DNA of 64,000 bases from Escherichia phage JLBYU28, in the sequence record OK272472.1; one strand, 5' to 3'. Shown here piece after piece: positions 54,201 to 63,402 of this stretch. A program made the position numbers and the translations under genes. Position 1 is the first letter of the stretch; every line of letters starts with the position of its first letter. A model generated the notes under the pieces. It searched no databases, was not told where the DNA came from, and worked only from the letters and a program-made list of their open reading frames with translations.

Positions 54201-55615
54201 TACCAGATATAACGGTCAATCATTACTGCTTTGAGCATTACACTAATTGGGTCAAACTTCTCACCACCAAGCAGAGCTTTTAAAGTGGCTGGAGAGAAAC
54301 CAGATACCATTGCTACACCGTTATCCTTAACAGATACTTCGCAAGTACCATTACGGTTTGCTAAGTACCAGAATACCAGTTGTGGCATCTCATATCCAGC
54401 TTTTTTGTACTTACTCTGAATTGCTTCAAAGTTTGTACGACCGTTAGCCCCATCAACCTGATTAAACTCCATATCGGAGAAGATGATAAGCTTACTTGGC
54501 ATATCTTTCTGAGTCAAGTTGTTTCTTTTACCTGTCTCAAGAATACGGTCAAAAGCTGCTTGTAAGCTAGTTGAGCCATATTCAACATGACGCATCACCT
54601 GACGATGACGGTTTCGTAAATCACCACTCAGTTCGATGAAGTGAGGGTTTGTTGAGTAAACCATTAACTCATTCTTAAAGCAACCAGTGTTGCGTTCTGC
54701 TACATACAAGGCGAGGGATACACCAATATCAAGGGCAGTGATTGAACCAAGATTCACCCAAGACATTGAGCTTGAAACATCAGTCATACATAGGATGTTT
54801 TCACCCTCTGCCATCCAGTTTGGTAGTGCTTTCCACTGCTCATTAGCAACATCTGCATTACCATACTTGATAGATTTAATCACATCGTATGGGTAAACAG
54901 CACCAGCGTTAATCTTAGTCTCACCTTTTGATAATGACTCAGTGTAAGCTTTGTAGCGTTCTCCATCTTTACGGTTAAAGAGTTTTTGGTAACGTGCAGC
55001 AGCGAGTGAAGGAATCTTGCTGTAGTCAATCTTACCGAACTCATTAGCAGAGATTTTTTGCTCAACCGTATCAGAAAGTGCAGACAACAGTGTGCGGTAC
55101 TCTTTCTCACTTAAGTTAGCAAACTTGCAGAAACGTTTTACAAACTGTTTGTGTCGTGGTTTTACTCGTGGTAACCACTTGGATGCTAAACCTGCTGTTT
55201 CAGGGTCTAGTAATGCTGCTTCTAAATGCTTAAAGGCATCTGTCTCGAAACGAGTACCTACGAAGATTTTGAAGTCATCAAAACGACCAAGCTCTGCAAT
55301 CTTATCCATAATGCGAAGAACCTGCGTAGGCTCTAAAACTTTATCTTCAATCGCTTGAAGCAAAACAGTTCTGAAGGCTTTACGCTCACCCATACCTTCT
55401 CGTACATCTCGCATATGCAGTAAAATACGAACTGCAACATCAACATCCTCATGCAAAGCTTTGTAGAACAGGTCTGGTAAGATTTCTACATTGCTACGGC
55501 TAGAACCAGCAGCTTTGTAAAAGTCTACAAGAGCAGACATTGATGAAGTATGGTTTACAGCACCATTTTCAGTTCGACCTGCATGAAGGTGCGCATGTTT
55601 AAATAATTCGCTCAT
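54200..55615 (-). CDS. vWA-domain protein with N-terminal helical domain (possible Ro60/TROVE-like architecture)
   Basis: 471 aa; C-terminal MIDAS-like MTDVSSSM and LIIFSDMEF; N-terminal TENGAVNHTSSMSALVDFYKAAGSS segment; family assignment is tentative. Confidence 0.5.
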   Translation of the reverse strand: MSELFKHAHLHAGRTENGAVNHTSSMSALVDFYKAAGSSRSNVEILPDLFYKALHEDVDVAVRILLHMRDVREGMGERKAFRTVLLQAIEDKVLEPTQVLRIMDKIAELGRFDDFKIFVGTRFETDAFKHLEAALLDPETAGLASKWLPRVKPRHKQFVKRFCKFANLSEKEYRTLLSALSDTVEQKISANEFGKIDYSKIPSLAAARYQKLFNRKDGERYKAYTESLSKGETKINAGAVYPYDVIKSIKYGNADVANEQWKALPNWMAEGENILCMTDVSSSMSWVNLGSITALDIGVSLALYVAERNTGCFKNELMVYSTNPHFIELSGDLRNRHRQVMRHVEYGSTSLQAAFDRILETGKRNNLTQKDMPSKLIIFSDMEFNQVDGANGRTNFEAIQSKYKKAGYEMPQLVFWYLANRNGTCEVSVKDNGVAMVSGFSPATLKALLGGEKFDPISVMLKAVMIDRYIW

Positions 55616-55697
55616 ATTTTACTCTCTTCTCTCATTTTGTTTGTTGATGTGACAGACTTTAGAGCAACTTTGTAGAGTCTGTCAACACCTTTTAAAA

Positions 55698-56069
55698 TTA
55701 TTTTTTAAGAGTCGCTACAGCAGAAAACGTTGGTTTGTTATCTGTCTGGGTTTGACCACCATTATCAGGGGTCTTCTTAGTGTCTGCTGCAATCGCTTTC
55801 ATCTCACCTGCTGAGTGGGTCATGATAGTTTTACCAGCTTCCATCATCGACTTCAGGTTTACATCGTCAGTCGTCAAACCGAACTCTGCAAGCTTAGCAG
55901 CATCCCTTGTAACAATCGCCTCAAACAACTTTGCAGCAAACTCAGCAGAATTATCAATGGTCAGTTGAGCTTTTACGAGTGAGCTTTTGTTACGAGAGCC
56001 TTTTGGTCTTCCAGATGGGTTTCCAGACTGGCCTTTTTTAAACTGGCCTTTGTTTGTTCTGTTTTTCAT
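55698..56069 (-). CDS. Small basic DNA-binding protein (possible terminase small subunit-like)
   Basis: 123 aa; N-terminal GQFKKGQSGNPSGRPKGSRNK motif, which I recall in small terminase-type proteins. Confidence 0.35.
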   Translation of the reverse strand: MKNRTNKGQFKKGQSGNPSGRPKGSRNKSSLVKAQLTIDNSAEFAAKLFEAIVTRDAAKLAEFGLTTDDVNLKSMMEAGKTIMTHSAGEMKAIAADTKKTPDNGGQTQTDNKPTFSAVATLKK

Positions 56070-56196
56070 TGGTATGCCTCTTATAAGACCTCTTAAAAGG
56101 CTTTTAAGATAAAAGATAGATATCCAGAAAGATATCTGTTTAAATAGCCTTTTTAGAGGAACCTTTTAAGTAATCTTCTAAGTATTTATAAGCCTA

Positions 56197-56220
56197 CACC
56201 TTGTCAAGTACCTTGTCAAC
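56197..56220 (-). promoter_or_regulatory. Tandem TTGACAAGGTG promoter-like motif (second copy)
   Basis: Plus strand CACCTTGTCAAGTACCTTGTCAAC, 23 of 24 identical to 15828-15851; about 130 nt upstream of the gene starting at 56069. Confidence 0.45.
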
Positions 56221-56244
56221 AACTTTTTTAACTTGCAATAGTTC

Positions 56245-56273
56245 TTGACTTGTTGTATGGATTACTGTACCAT
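56245..56273 (+). promoter_or_regulatory. Sigma70-like promoter for the plus-strand block
   Basis: TTGACT - 17 nt - TACCAT, then RBS AAAGGAGA and ATG at 56320. Confidence 0.4.
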
Positions 56274-56319
56274 CTTACTTAAAGCTGTAGGTCTGCCTTG
56301 TTCTACAAAGGAGACTTAA

Positions 56320-56480
56320 TGAGAAAATCAAACAACCCGAAGAAAGGTAAGAATACCAATCACTGTAAGGAATCAAAAAGGGTAGAGTTACTCTACTATT
56401 CATCCTCTGAAATTGGTCTGTACCTGTTCTTTCAAAATTACAGAAGACAAGAGGATTATCTATGTGTAGTTCCCAATTAG
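56320..56480 (+). CDS. Hypothetical small protein
   Basis: Start chosen at RBS-preceded ATG inside track ORF 56298-56480. Confidence 0.35.
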
Positions 56481-56695
56481 AAATCGCAGACATTATAGAT
56501 TTATATCAAACTGCAAAGAGTCATGGCTATATAACCTCGATTGGAAAGAATAGTCACTATGATGCTTTGACTGGAATGTATTTCAGGGCAATGGCTCAAT
56601 CTAGTGAACAACACTTAATGGTTTCTTCCAGTGAGTTTACTTCGTTTCTCTATTGCAGCAAAATTATAAACCGCAGGAGAACTGAAAAATGTTAA
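56462..56695 (+). CDS. Hypothetical protein
   Basis: 77-aa ORF. Confidence 0.4.
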   Translation: MCSSQLEIADIIDLYQTAKSHGYITSIGKNSHYDALTGMYFRAMAQSSEQHLMVSSSEFTSFLYCSKIINRRRTEKC

Positions 56696-57279
56696 CAGTA
56701 AGTTTTAATTACAATAGTGATGGCTCTGTATCAATTAATTCACCATATGCAAATGACCTACTTAAAGAGCTAGTTAATCAGTGTGAGAGGGGTCTTCACT
56801 ATGTTCAAAATTCTTTTAAACAGAAGACTATTGCTAATAACTTGATGCGTGTAACAGTGACGGCATCGAATCCAAATTATAACTTTGATAGTGAAAGTCC
56901 GTACTCATTAGTTGCGCTTGGAGAGTCCAGCCAATTCAAACTTGTTTGCCACGACTCAGAAACATTCCTTAAGGTCTTTTCCAACCTTATCCACAATAAT
57001 AAGTACAGCTACGTTGATGGTAGTGTAAACTTCTATCCAGCAAACTATACATGTTTGTTAATTGATAATATGAGAAAAAGTAAGCAAGAGCCTACAGAAA
57101 TTTCATTTGATGTGAACTCTAGTCCAGACGCAGAAACAAGTAAGAACTTTGATATGAGTTACGCATTGTCACTCAGTAAGAAATCCGAGTTCATTGATTA
57201 TGTCAATGGATTTGGTTTTAAGTTTGATGAGAGTATGAATCTTAAAAAACTTAAGAACCTACTTAAGACTAAAGCTTAA
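56689..57279 (+). CDS. Hypothetical protein
   Basis: 196-aa ORF followed by a terminator. Confidence 0.5.
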   Translation: MLTVSFNYNSDGSVSINSPYANDLLKELVNQCERGLHYVQNSFKQKTIANNLMRVTVTASNPNYNFDSESPYSLVALGESSQFKLVCHDSETFLKVFSNLIHNNKYSYVDGSVNFYPANYTCLLIDNMRKSKQEPTEISFDVNSSPDAETSKNFDMSYALSLSKKSEFIDYVNGFGFKFDESMNLKKLKNLLKTKA

Positions 57280-57286
57280 GTGTGAA

Positions 57287-57315
57287 CAGGGGCTGATGCC
57301 CCTTTAATTATTTAT
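57287..57315 (+). terminator. Intrinsic terminator
   Basis: AGGGGC-TGAT-GCCCCT followed by TTAATTATTTAT. Confidence 0.55.
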
Positions 57316-57326
57316 AAGGATATTTA

Positions 57327-57698
57327 ATGAAGGCTAAGAGTGCAAAAGACTTTTATTGCTTCCTACAATCCTATATCAACTCCGTGCAAAATGGTGAAAG
57401 GTACAGCCTTAATGATGTTATCCCAACACCTTTGACATGGAGACTCAGCAAATGGCCTGAAGAAGATATTACACCAACAAGCGAACAGCGTACCTACAAA
57501 CCTGAAATCAATATTCCAGACTCTGAGAATCTATTATATCCAATGTTTCATATTGTTGGTCTTGGAAGATTCCTTATGGATATCCAGTATGTAATTGGTA
57601 AAGGTTATAAGGTTAAAGGTATCGTTGTTGGTGACGTATCTCCGCATCACAAAGGTTATTTTAGACTAAACGCACATTTAGAGGCTAAAAAGAAATGA
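57327..57698 (+). CDS. Hypothetical protein, paralogue of the N-terminal domain of the next gene
   Basis: Shares RY..WPE.DI..YKP..LLY..FFMDLQY..LNA pattern with 57695-58579. Confidence 0.5.
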   Translation: MKAKSAKDFYCFLQSYINSVQNGERYSLNDVIPTPLTWRLSKWPEEDITPTSEQRTYKPEINIPDSENLLYPMFHIVGLGRFLMDIQYVIGKGYKVKGIVVGDVSPHHKGYFRLNAHLEAKKK

Positions 57699-58579
57699 TT
57701 AAAGCAAAGACTTACCCAGACTTCAAAGAGTTTGTGAAGGGCTTCATTGCAAATGTAAAGGCTGGTAAGAGATATGATTTTAGAACATATCAAGAGGCTA
57801 TTTTACCACTCACCTATAGCTCATATTGGCCTGAAGCTGATATTGCAGAGGTTAAGAAGTTTGACTACAAACCAGACTACAAAGTCCCTTTTAGTGATGA
57901 ACTCCTTTACAGTGTTGGTGCACAGATGAGAACTGCTGATTTCTTCATGGATTTGCAGTATGCAATCATCAATGGTAAAGATGTTGACACAATTTACTGT
58001 GAATGGTTGGCAAGAGTTAAGCCGTTCTCAATGTTGAATGCTAAGTTGAAGGATGCCATCACACCACCATCAATCACTCAGCAACCAACAAACCAAACAG
58101 TTAATGAGGGTGGTACACTCACTCTAAGTGTTATTGCAACGAATGTCACTGGATATCAATGGAAAAAGGATGGTGAGGATATCACTAGTGCCACCTCTGC
58201 AACCTACACAAAACAGTCTGTAGTGCCTTCTGATGCTGGCTCATACACTTGTGTTGTATCTGGGGAGGCTGGAACAAGTGTTACCTCAGATGCGGCAACA
58301 GTTACTGTGAATGCACTTCCTGTAATCACTCAACAACCAGCCAATCAGGAAATCACTGAAGGAGAGACCTTAACGCTGAATGTTGTGGCTACTGGTGCAA
58401 CAGGTTATCAGTGGAAGAAAGGTGAGGAAGTCATCCCAGACGCAACTGCTGCAACTTACACCAAAGAAGGTGCAACCGCTGCTGATGCAGGAAGCTACAC
58501 CTGTGTAGTGACTGGTGCAGGTGGCTCTGTAACATCTAATGCAGCAACAGTTACAGTTAATCCAGCAGGGGAGGCATAA
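57695..58579 (+). CDS. Protein with two tandem Ig-like repeats
   Basis: Two ~80-aa repeats each with ITQQP.NQ..EG.TLTL.V.AT..TGYQWKK...AGSYTCVV...VTS.AATVTVN. Confidence 0.55.
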   Translation: MIKAKTYPDFKEFVKGFIANVKAGKRYDFRTYQEAILPLTYSSYWPEADIAEVKKFDYKPDYKVPFSDELLYSVGAQMRTADFFMDLQYAIINGKDVDTIYCEWLARVKPFSMLNAKLKDAITPPSITQQPTNQTVNEGGTLTLSVIATNVTGYQWKKDGEDITSATSATYTKQSVVPSDAGSYTCVVSGEAGTSVTSDAATVTVNALPVITQQPANQEITEGETLTLNVVATGATGYQWKKGEEVIPDATAATYTKEGATAADAGSYTCVVTGAGGSVTSNAATVTVNPAGEA

Positions 58580-59043
58580 TGCAACTCTCAAGAAAAGGTT
58601 TAGAGGCTATTAAGTTCTTTGAAGGTCTGAAGTTAGAGGCTTACGAAGACTCTGCCGGAATCCCGACAATCGGGTATGGTACAATCCGTATTGACGGAAA
58701 ACCTGTTAAGATGGGCATGAAAATTACTGCTGAACAAGCTGAACAGTATCTTCTCGCGGATGTTGAAAAGTTCGTTGCAGCAGTGAACAAAGCTATCAAG
58801 GTTCCAACTACTCAGAACGAGTTTGATGCACTTGTAAGTGAAACATACAACATCGGTATCACAGCTATGCAGGAATCTACATTTATCAAGCGCCACAACG
58901 CTGGTAATAAGGTAGGTTGTGCAGAAGCTATGCAGTGGTGGAACAAGGTTACAGTCAAAGGTAAGAAGGTCACTTCAAACGGTCTGAAAAACAGACGTAG
59001 AATGGAAGCTGACATTTATCTTGACAGTGTATACCCAAAGTAA
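58579..59043 (+). CDS. Endolysin, GH24 (T4-lysozyme-like) family
   Basis: KGLEAIKFFEGLKLEAYEDSAGIPTIGYGT matches the GH24 catalytic-region signature. Confidence 0.75.
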   Translation: MQLSRKGLEAIKFFEGLKLEAYEDSAGIPTIGYGTIRIDGKPVKMGMKITAEQAEQYLLADVEKFVAAVNKAIKVPTTQNEFDALVSETYNIGITAMQESTFIKRHNAGNKVGCAEAMQWWNKVTVKGKKVTSNGLKNRRRMEADIYLDSVYPK

Positions 59044-59052
59044 TATCTTCAT

Positions 59053-59080
59053 AGGCTCCTTCGGGAGCCTTTTTTATTTT
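59053..59080 (+). terminator. Intrinsic terminator after endolysin
   Basis: AGGCTCC-TTCG-GGAGCCT followed by TTTTTTATTTT. Confidence 0.7.
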
Positions 59081-59094
59081 CTAAGGAGAAAACT

Positions 59095-59493
59095 ATGAAA
59101 CTTTGGGCTAGTGACTTTGGAACTTTTAAGTACACTCGTAATGGCTCGCTTGTACGCATCATTGGAAGTAACGTTGTCACAGTTGGTGACAGGGTGCATA
59201 CAATGTTCACTGTTGAGTTGGTTGAACTCTCACCTATTGAGGCTGCTAATAATGGTTTATTCAAGTTTGAGACTTATCATGTAAATGAACATGGGCAGTT
59301 TAATACTCTAGGTGAAAGTGGTCTCGATATTATTTCAGAGAACCCATTGACAAGAGAGCAACTTGCAGGTTACTATAAAACCATTCTTGAAAGAACTTTG
59401 GCGACACATGAAAATGAAGCCAGATATCACATTGAACGGTGTGAAGTTCTAAAAGCGAAAATTGAACAAGCAGAGAGAGGTTTTTATGAATAA
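59095..59493 (+). CDS. Hypothetical protein
   Basis: 132-aa ORF with RBS AAGGAGAA. Confidence 0.5.
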   Translation: MKLWASDFGTFKYTRNGSLVRIIGSNVVTVGDRVHTMFTVELVELSPIEAANNGLFKFETYHVNEHGQFNTLGESGLDIISENPLTREQLAGYYKTILERTLATHENEARYHIERCEVLKAKIEQAERGFYE

Positions 59494-59875
59494 TGAGATT
59501 CAAGTAAAAGTTGACACATTTAGTCATGATGGTCGAGAAGATATTGGTCCTGCTGATGCAGTAATTTTTGAGTGTAATGGTAATCTTAGCCTTCGATTTA
59601 TAGAATCGGGTAATACCCTTCGACGAGTACGTGATGACGAAGATGGTTGCCCGGTATTTGGCTGGTACGATGTGGAATATCCTCTTTACGCAATCCACTA
59701 TCCAGATGGTGGAGAAGACTGGACAACTCAATCAATCTTTGATGAGCTTAATGGTGTTCCAGTTGAGCAAGAAGAGCAAGAACCTGTTGAACTCACCTTC
59801 ACTTTTATCAAAGAAGAGAAAGTAGGTGACTTGTCAGTAACTGAAGCAATTCAAGTCTCACAGGTTATTCGTTAA
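59462..59875 (+). CDS. Hypothetical protein
   Basis: 137-aa ORF. Confidence 0.45.
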   Translation: MNKQREVFMNNEIQVKVDTFSHDGREDIGPADAVIFECNGNLSLRFIESGNTLRRVRDDEDGCPVFGWYDVEYPLYAIHYPDGGEDWTTQSIFDELNGVPVEQEEQEPVELTFTFIKEEKVGDLSVTEAIQVSQVIR

Positions 59876-60168
59876 TGAGCAAAGTACAGGTTGTCTTCCC
59901 TATTTGTGACTTCTCACTAGAGCGTGAACTTGACCTGTACGAAGAAATTACTGACGAAATTATCTGGTCTGTTGTAGAAGAGGCTATCAAGAAACTGTAC
60001 GGTGGCCTCTTAAACCCATCAAGTAAAAAGCTCAACACTAAACAAGTAGCTGATACATACACTTCATACGATGCCTACAACAAACCTTTTGAGAATACCT
60101 GCTTTGACCTTATGGTAGGTAATAACAAAGTCAATTATTTCTTCGTCAGAGAGTTTAACGATGAGTAA
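59875..60168 (+). CDS. Hypothetical protein
   Basis: 97-aa ORF. Confidence 0.45.
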   Translation: MSKVQVVFPICDFSLERELDLYEEITDEIIWSVVEEAIKKLYGGLLNPSSKKLNTKQVADTYTSYDAYNKPFENTCFDLMVGNNKVNYFFVREFNDE

Positions 60169-60505
60169 GCTCCATGTCACAGTGTACAAAAACTTCTCAG
60201 ATATTAAAGAGTCTTTAACCAATAAGCTTGATATGCAACGGAAAAGGCTCTTTTTAATGTATGACATAGACAACTATAACCATCCTAAAGAGTTTAACTA
60301 CAAAGATGGTACAAAGGTTGTTGAGTTTGAAGATTCTGTAACGGTGTATGTCAAGCATGACTTACCAGCAAAGTACATAGGAATGTTAGAGTATTACATA
60401 TTCAAACATACTGGTATGCGTGGTGAATCTGTCAAAATATCTTCTATAGAAGTTTTTGAGAAACCTAACACACAACTTAAAAAGTATTTAATGAGGAAAC
60501 TGTAA
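60161..60505 (+). CDS. Hypothetical protein
   Basis: 114-aa ORF. Confidence 0.45.
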   Translation: MSKLHVTVYKNFSDIKESLTNKLDMQRKRLFLMYDIDNYNHPKEFNYKDGTKVVEFEDSVTVYVKHDLPAKYIGMLEYYIFKHTGMRGESVKISSIEVFEKPNTQLKKYLMRKL

Positions 60506-61086
60506 TGTCCGAAGAGCAACAGAGTATCACTCCACAAGTGACATTAGTACAACATTTTGGAAACATTGAAGGGTGTATTGCACTTTTTCAACCAAATATC
60601 AATTCTCCTGCAAAAGTCTGCAAGTTGACTATGAATGTTAACAACATCAGCGTTTGTCTTGTTGAGGAAGTCCAGTACTTCAAGTTTAATGACAGAGAAG
60701 TTGATGCTGCACTTTTGAAGTATCGTGCAAATCTCGAAAAAGACATTGACCACAAAGAGCTTGTAACACTGTTTGGTGACCTTCACAAGCTTCTTGAAAA
60801 GGTTATGAAGCGTACATACTACATGAACAATGGTTCAATCATCACCACTTTGATTTCACCATGTATTTCAGAGCCGATTTTAACTGATGACGGTGGATAC
60901 TACGTGGTAGCATCAGCAGATTCTGATTGGTGGATGAAGAATACAGCACTTAAGACGGTTATTGAAGCTATTCGTGAACATATACCTTCATTCAGTCCGT
61001 GGAAAGGCAAAGGGGATAACTTCATCGCACTGTTGAGTGAAGAGAGTAACAAACGTAGCGCATTACTGCCTAAAAAATACTCTTGA
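60505..61086 (+). CDS. Hypothetical protein
   Basis: 193-aa ORF. Confidence 0.45.
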   Translation: MSEEQQSITPQVTLVQHFGNIEGCIALFQPNINSPAKVCKLTMNVNNISVCLVEEVQYFKFNDREVDAALLKYRANLEKDIDHKELVTLFGDLHKLLEKVMKRTYYMNNGSIITTLISPCISEPILTDDGGYYVVASADSDWWMKNTALKTVIEAIREHIPSFSPWKGKGDNFIALLSEESNKRSALLPKKYS

Positions 61087-61170
61087 CCGAATATACAATG
61101 TTAACTATGATGGGAGCTATCGAGAGGTAGTTCCCTTTTTTAGTTTCTTAAGAAGATTCGTGGTGAAAGA

Positions 61171-61389
61171 ATGAAAAAACTAACTACAGTTGAAGATTAC
61201 TACAGACTGTCTCTATTAGAACAATACCGTAGAAGTCAGAATATCAGAAAATGCTATGGTAAACACGCTGAAGGTGACTTTTACCGTTGCTACGATGCAG
61301 ATTTAAAAGGTGTAACACCTAGAGGGAAAGTCCTGCAAAGACTTGTTGACCTTGAGTGGAACAAACGATTGAGAGGGGTTGGAAAATGA
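61171..61389 (+). CDS. Hypothetical protein
   Basis: 72-aa ORF. Confidence 0.4.
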   Translation: MKKLTTVEDYYRLSLLEQYRRSQNIRKCYGKHAEGDFYRCYDADLKGVTPRGKVLQRLVDLEWNKRLRGVGK

Positions 61390-61889
61390 TTTACGAAGAA
61401 AGATATAAGATAGATTATCAGGATACTCGTCATCATACTTCTTTGAGAGTAACCAAACCAAATGGAGATACTGGTATCATAGCACATTTCGGTGGTGATT
61501 ATTGGTACGGTACAGATTGCTTTGAAGGTTACAATCAAGAATACTTGAAAGCTTTCTACAGAGACTTTACAAACGACTACAACAGGGTTGTTGACGAAAA
61601 GAATAAGTGCATTAAGCATGAGCACCATGCCAGAGGTTGCCTAAGTGTTGTTATGGTACTGGCGTTCTTCTTAGCAATGTTACTGGCAGTATCAGCAATC
61701 AGCTACATAGCTCAAGATTTGACAATTACACAGATTACCGCAAAGGTACATGATGTTTGGTACTTGTATGCTGTTCCTTTAGCTGGTATCATCATCTCAC
61801 TAATGAGGTTCAGAGTTCATAAGAAACGACTTAAGGATTCTGAGGTTAAACTTGAAGAGGTAAGTAAAGAATGCAACCTACAATTATAG
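61356..61889 (+). CDS. Membrane protein (two predicted TM helices)
   Basis: LSVVMVLAFFLAMLLAVSAISYI and YLYAVPLAGIIISLM hydrophobic segments. Confidence 0.45.
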   Translation: MEQTIERGWKMIYEERYKIDYQDTRHHTSLRVTKPNGDTGIIAHFGGDYWYGTDCFEGYNQEYLKAFYRDFTNDYNRVVDEKNKCIKHEHHARGCLSVVMVLAFFLAMLLAVSAISYIAQDLTITQITAKVHDVWYLYAVPLAGIIISLMRFRVHKKRLKDSEVKLEEVSKECNLQL

Positions 61890-61965
61890 CTGTATGTGTT
61901 CGTTTTGCAATCGCTGAAATGATTAACAAGGCAATCTTAAAAGATGCCTATGGAGAAACTAAGTA

Positions 61966-62190
61966 ATGATTAAGACACCTGTACCAATTTTTGGATTTCC
62001 TTCTATAGAAGAGCTCAAAGTTTATCTTGACAAAAACTTCTATAATGAGCAGCCTGTTACTTTGCTGAAGAGCGACTTATCAGAGCTTCTTGATATGGTT
62101 ATCAAGGCAACTCCTGAGAAGGAACCTGAGCAGAAAGCTGAGAAGAAGACTAGTAAGAAATCCGATAAGAAGACTGAAAAGTCTGAGTAA
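61966..62190 (+). CDS. Hypothetical protein with lysine-rich tail
   Basis: 74-aa ORF. Confidence 0.4.
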   Translation: MIKTPVPIFGFPSIEELKVYLDKNFYNEQPVTLLKSDLSELLDMVIKATPEKEPEQKAEKKTSKKSDKKTEKSE

Positions 62191-62243
62191 TAACTTAGGG
62201 GGTTACTTGATAGCCCCTTTGTAGAAACTTAGAAGGTAGCGAA

Positions 62244-62516
62244 ATGACACCAGAATTAGAGGGTATCTCAGGTATTTGTAAACCTGAAGGTGGTTGGAAA
62301 GAAAAAACATACTATATTGTGGATGTTGCATACTCTAATAAAAATATAATCCACAGAGCAATTATGTACTCAGGTTTCTGTAATGATGATGGAGTACCAG
62401 AAAATTATAACTGGATTAAGAATGGTAGCTATGAGACAAAGCATACAATCTCTGATGCTTACTATTTAAAAGTGGTTGCTGAGTTACCTGAAGAATTTCA
62501 AATTGATAGGGTTTAA
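62244..62516 (+). CDS. Hypothetical protein
   Basis: 90-aa ORF. Confidence 0.4.
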   Translation: MTPELEGISGICKPEGGWKEKTYYIVDVAYSNKNIIHRAIMYSGFCNDDGVPENYNWIKNGSYETKHTISDAYYLKVVAELPEEFQIDRV

Positions 62517-62519
62517 GAA

Positions 62520-62948
62520 ATGAAAGAGCATGTAGGTAAAGAGCTTGACATTGTAGATGCAAAGACACAGGAGTACATCGCAACAGTGAAGGTTATAGGA
62601 GTCAGGGAGTGGAATACTGAATACCCAATTCAATGCCTTGTGCTGGAGAAGTTTAAAGCTAATGGTGTACACTTTTACCACGGTGACTACATCAGCTTTA
62701 ACAAAGATGGTTACTGGTGTGGTAGTGACCACCCTCAAGCAAATGAGTTTAATATGCGTCTAGCAATACCACAAAAAGATAATCCACAAAACGTAAAAGA
62801 TATCCTTGTAGAAGCCTATGCAGAAGGCATAATAGATGTTGTGCATGATGTTGAAAAAGCTTTAAAGCTTGTTATGCCACATTTAGAATCTGGAAAGCTG
62901 ACTTTAGAGATGTTTAATAGGGTTATTCGGAGAGCTTATGAAAATTAA
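62520..62948 (+). CDS. Hypothetical protein
   Basis: 142-aa ORF. Confidence 0.45.
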   Translation: MKEHVGKELDIVDAKTQEYIATVKVIGVREWNTEYPIQCLVLEKFKANGVHFYHGDYISFNKDGYWCGSDHPQANEFNMRLAIPQKDNPQNVKDILVEAYAEGIIDVVHDVEKALKLVMPHLESGKLTLEMFNRVIRRAYEN

Positions 62949-63402
62949 AGAAGTAGTGCAAAGAGCAATGCTTGACAATTCTACTAAAGATGAAATGTAC
63001 AAAGAGATTTGTGATAAGCTGAATTGCTCAAGACATGCTGCTAAGGTTCTTGTACATTGTTTTATCTGGGAATGTTCAGAAGCTTATATGCAATATGTAG
63101 CGTTTGAAAGTTCTCACTTGCTAGGTGATGTAGAAGTTGGTGAGAAGCTAAAAGAACCTGAGATGAAAACAGTTCCTAAAGTTGGTAATGTATACCCTCT
63201 TAAAGATTTCAAGACTGGAAAGATTGTTGCAAAAGGCGTAGTAGAATCTGTTTATCACGATGGTAAATACTTACTTAAAATATTCGAGTATGATAGTCGT
63301 TACAGACACTTATGTGGGATTACATTCTTAGTAACAGAAGAAGACCTCATTAAGAACAATAGCAACAAGTTTGCAGTTCCAGCTTACCAAGTTTTACGAT
63401 AA
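62938..63402 (+). CDS. Hypothetical protein
   Basis: 154-aa ORF. Confidence 0.45.
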   Translation: MKIKEVVQRAMLDNSTKDEMYKEICDKLNCSRHAAKVLVHCFIWECSEAYMQYVAFESSHLLGDVEVGEKLKEPEMKTVPKVGNVYPLKDFKTGKIVAKGVVESVYHDGKYLLKIFEYDSRYRHLCGITFLVTEEDLIKNNSNKFAVPAYQVLR

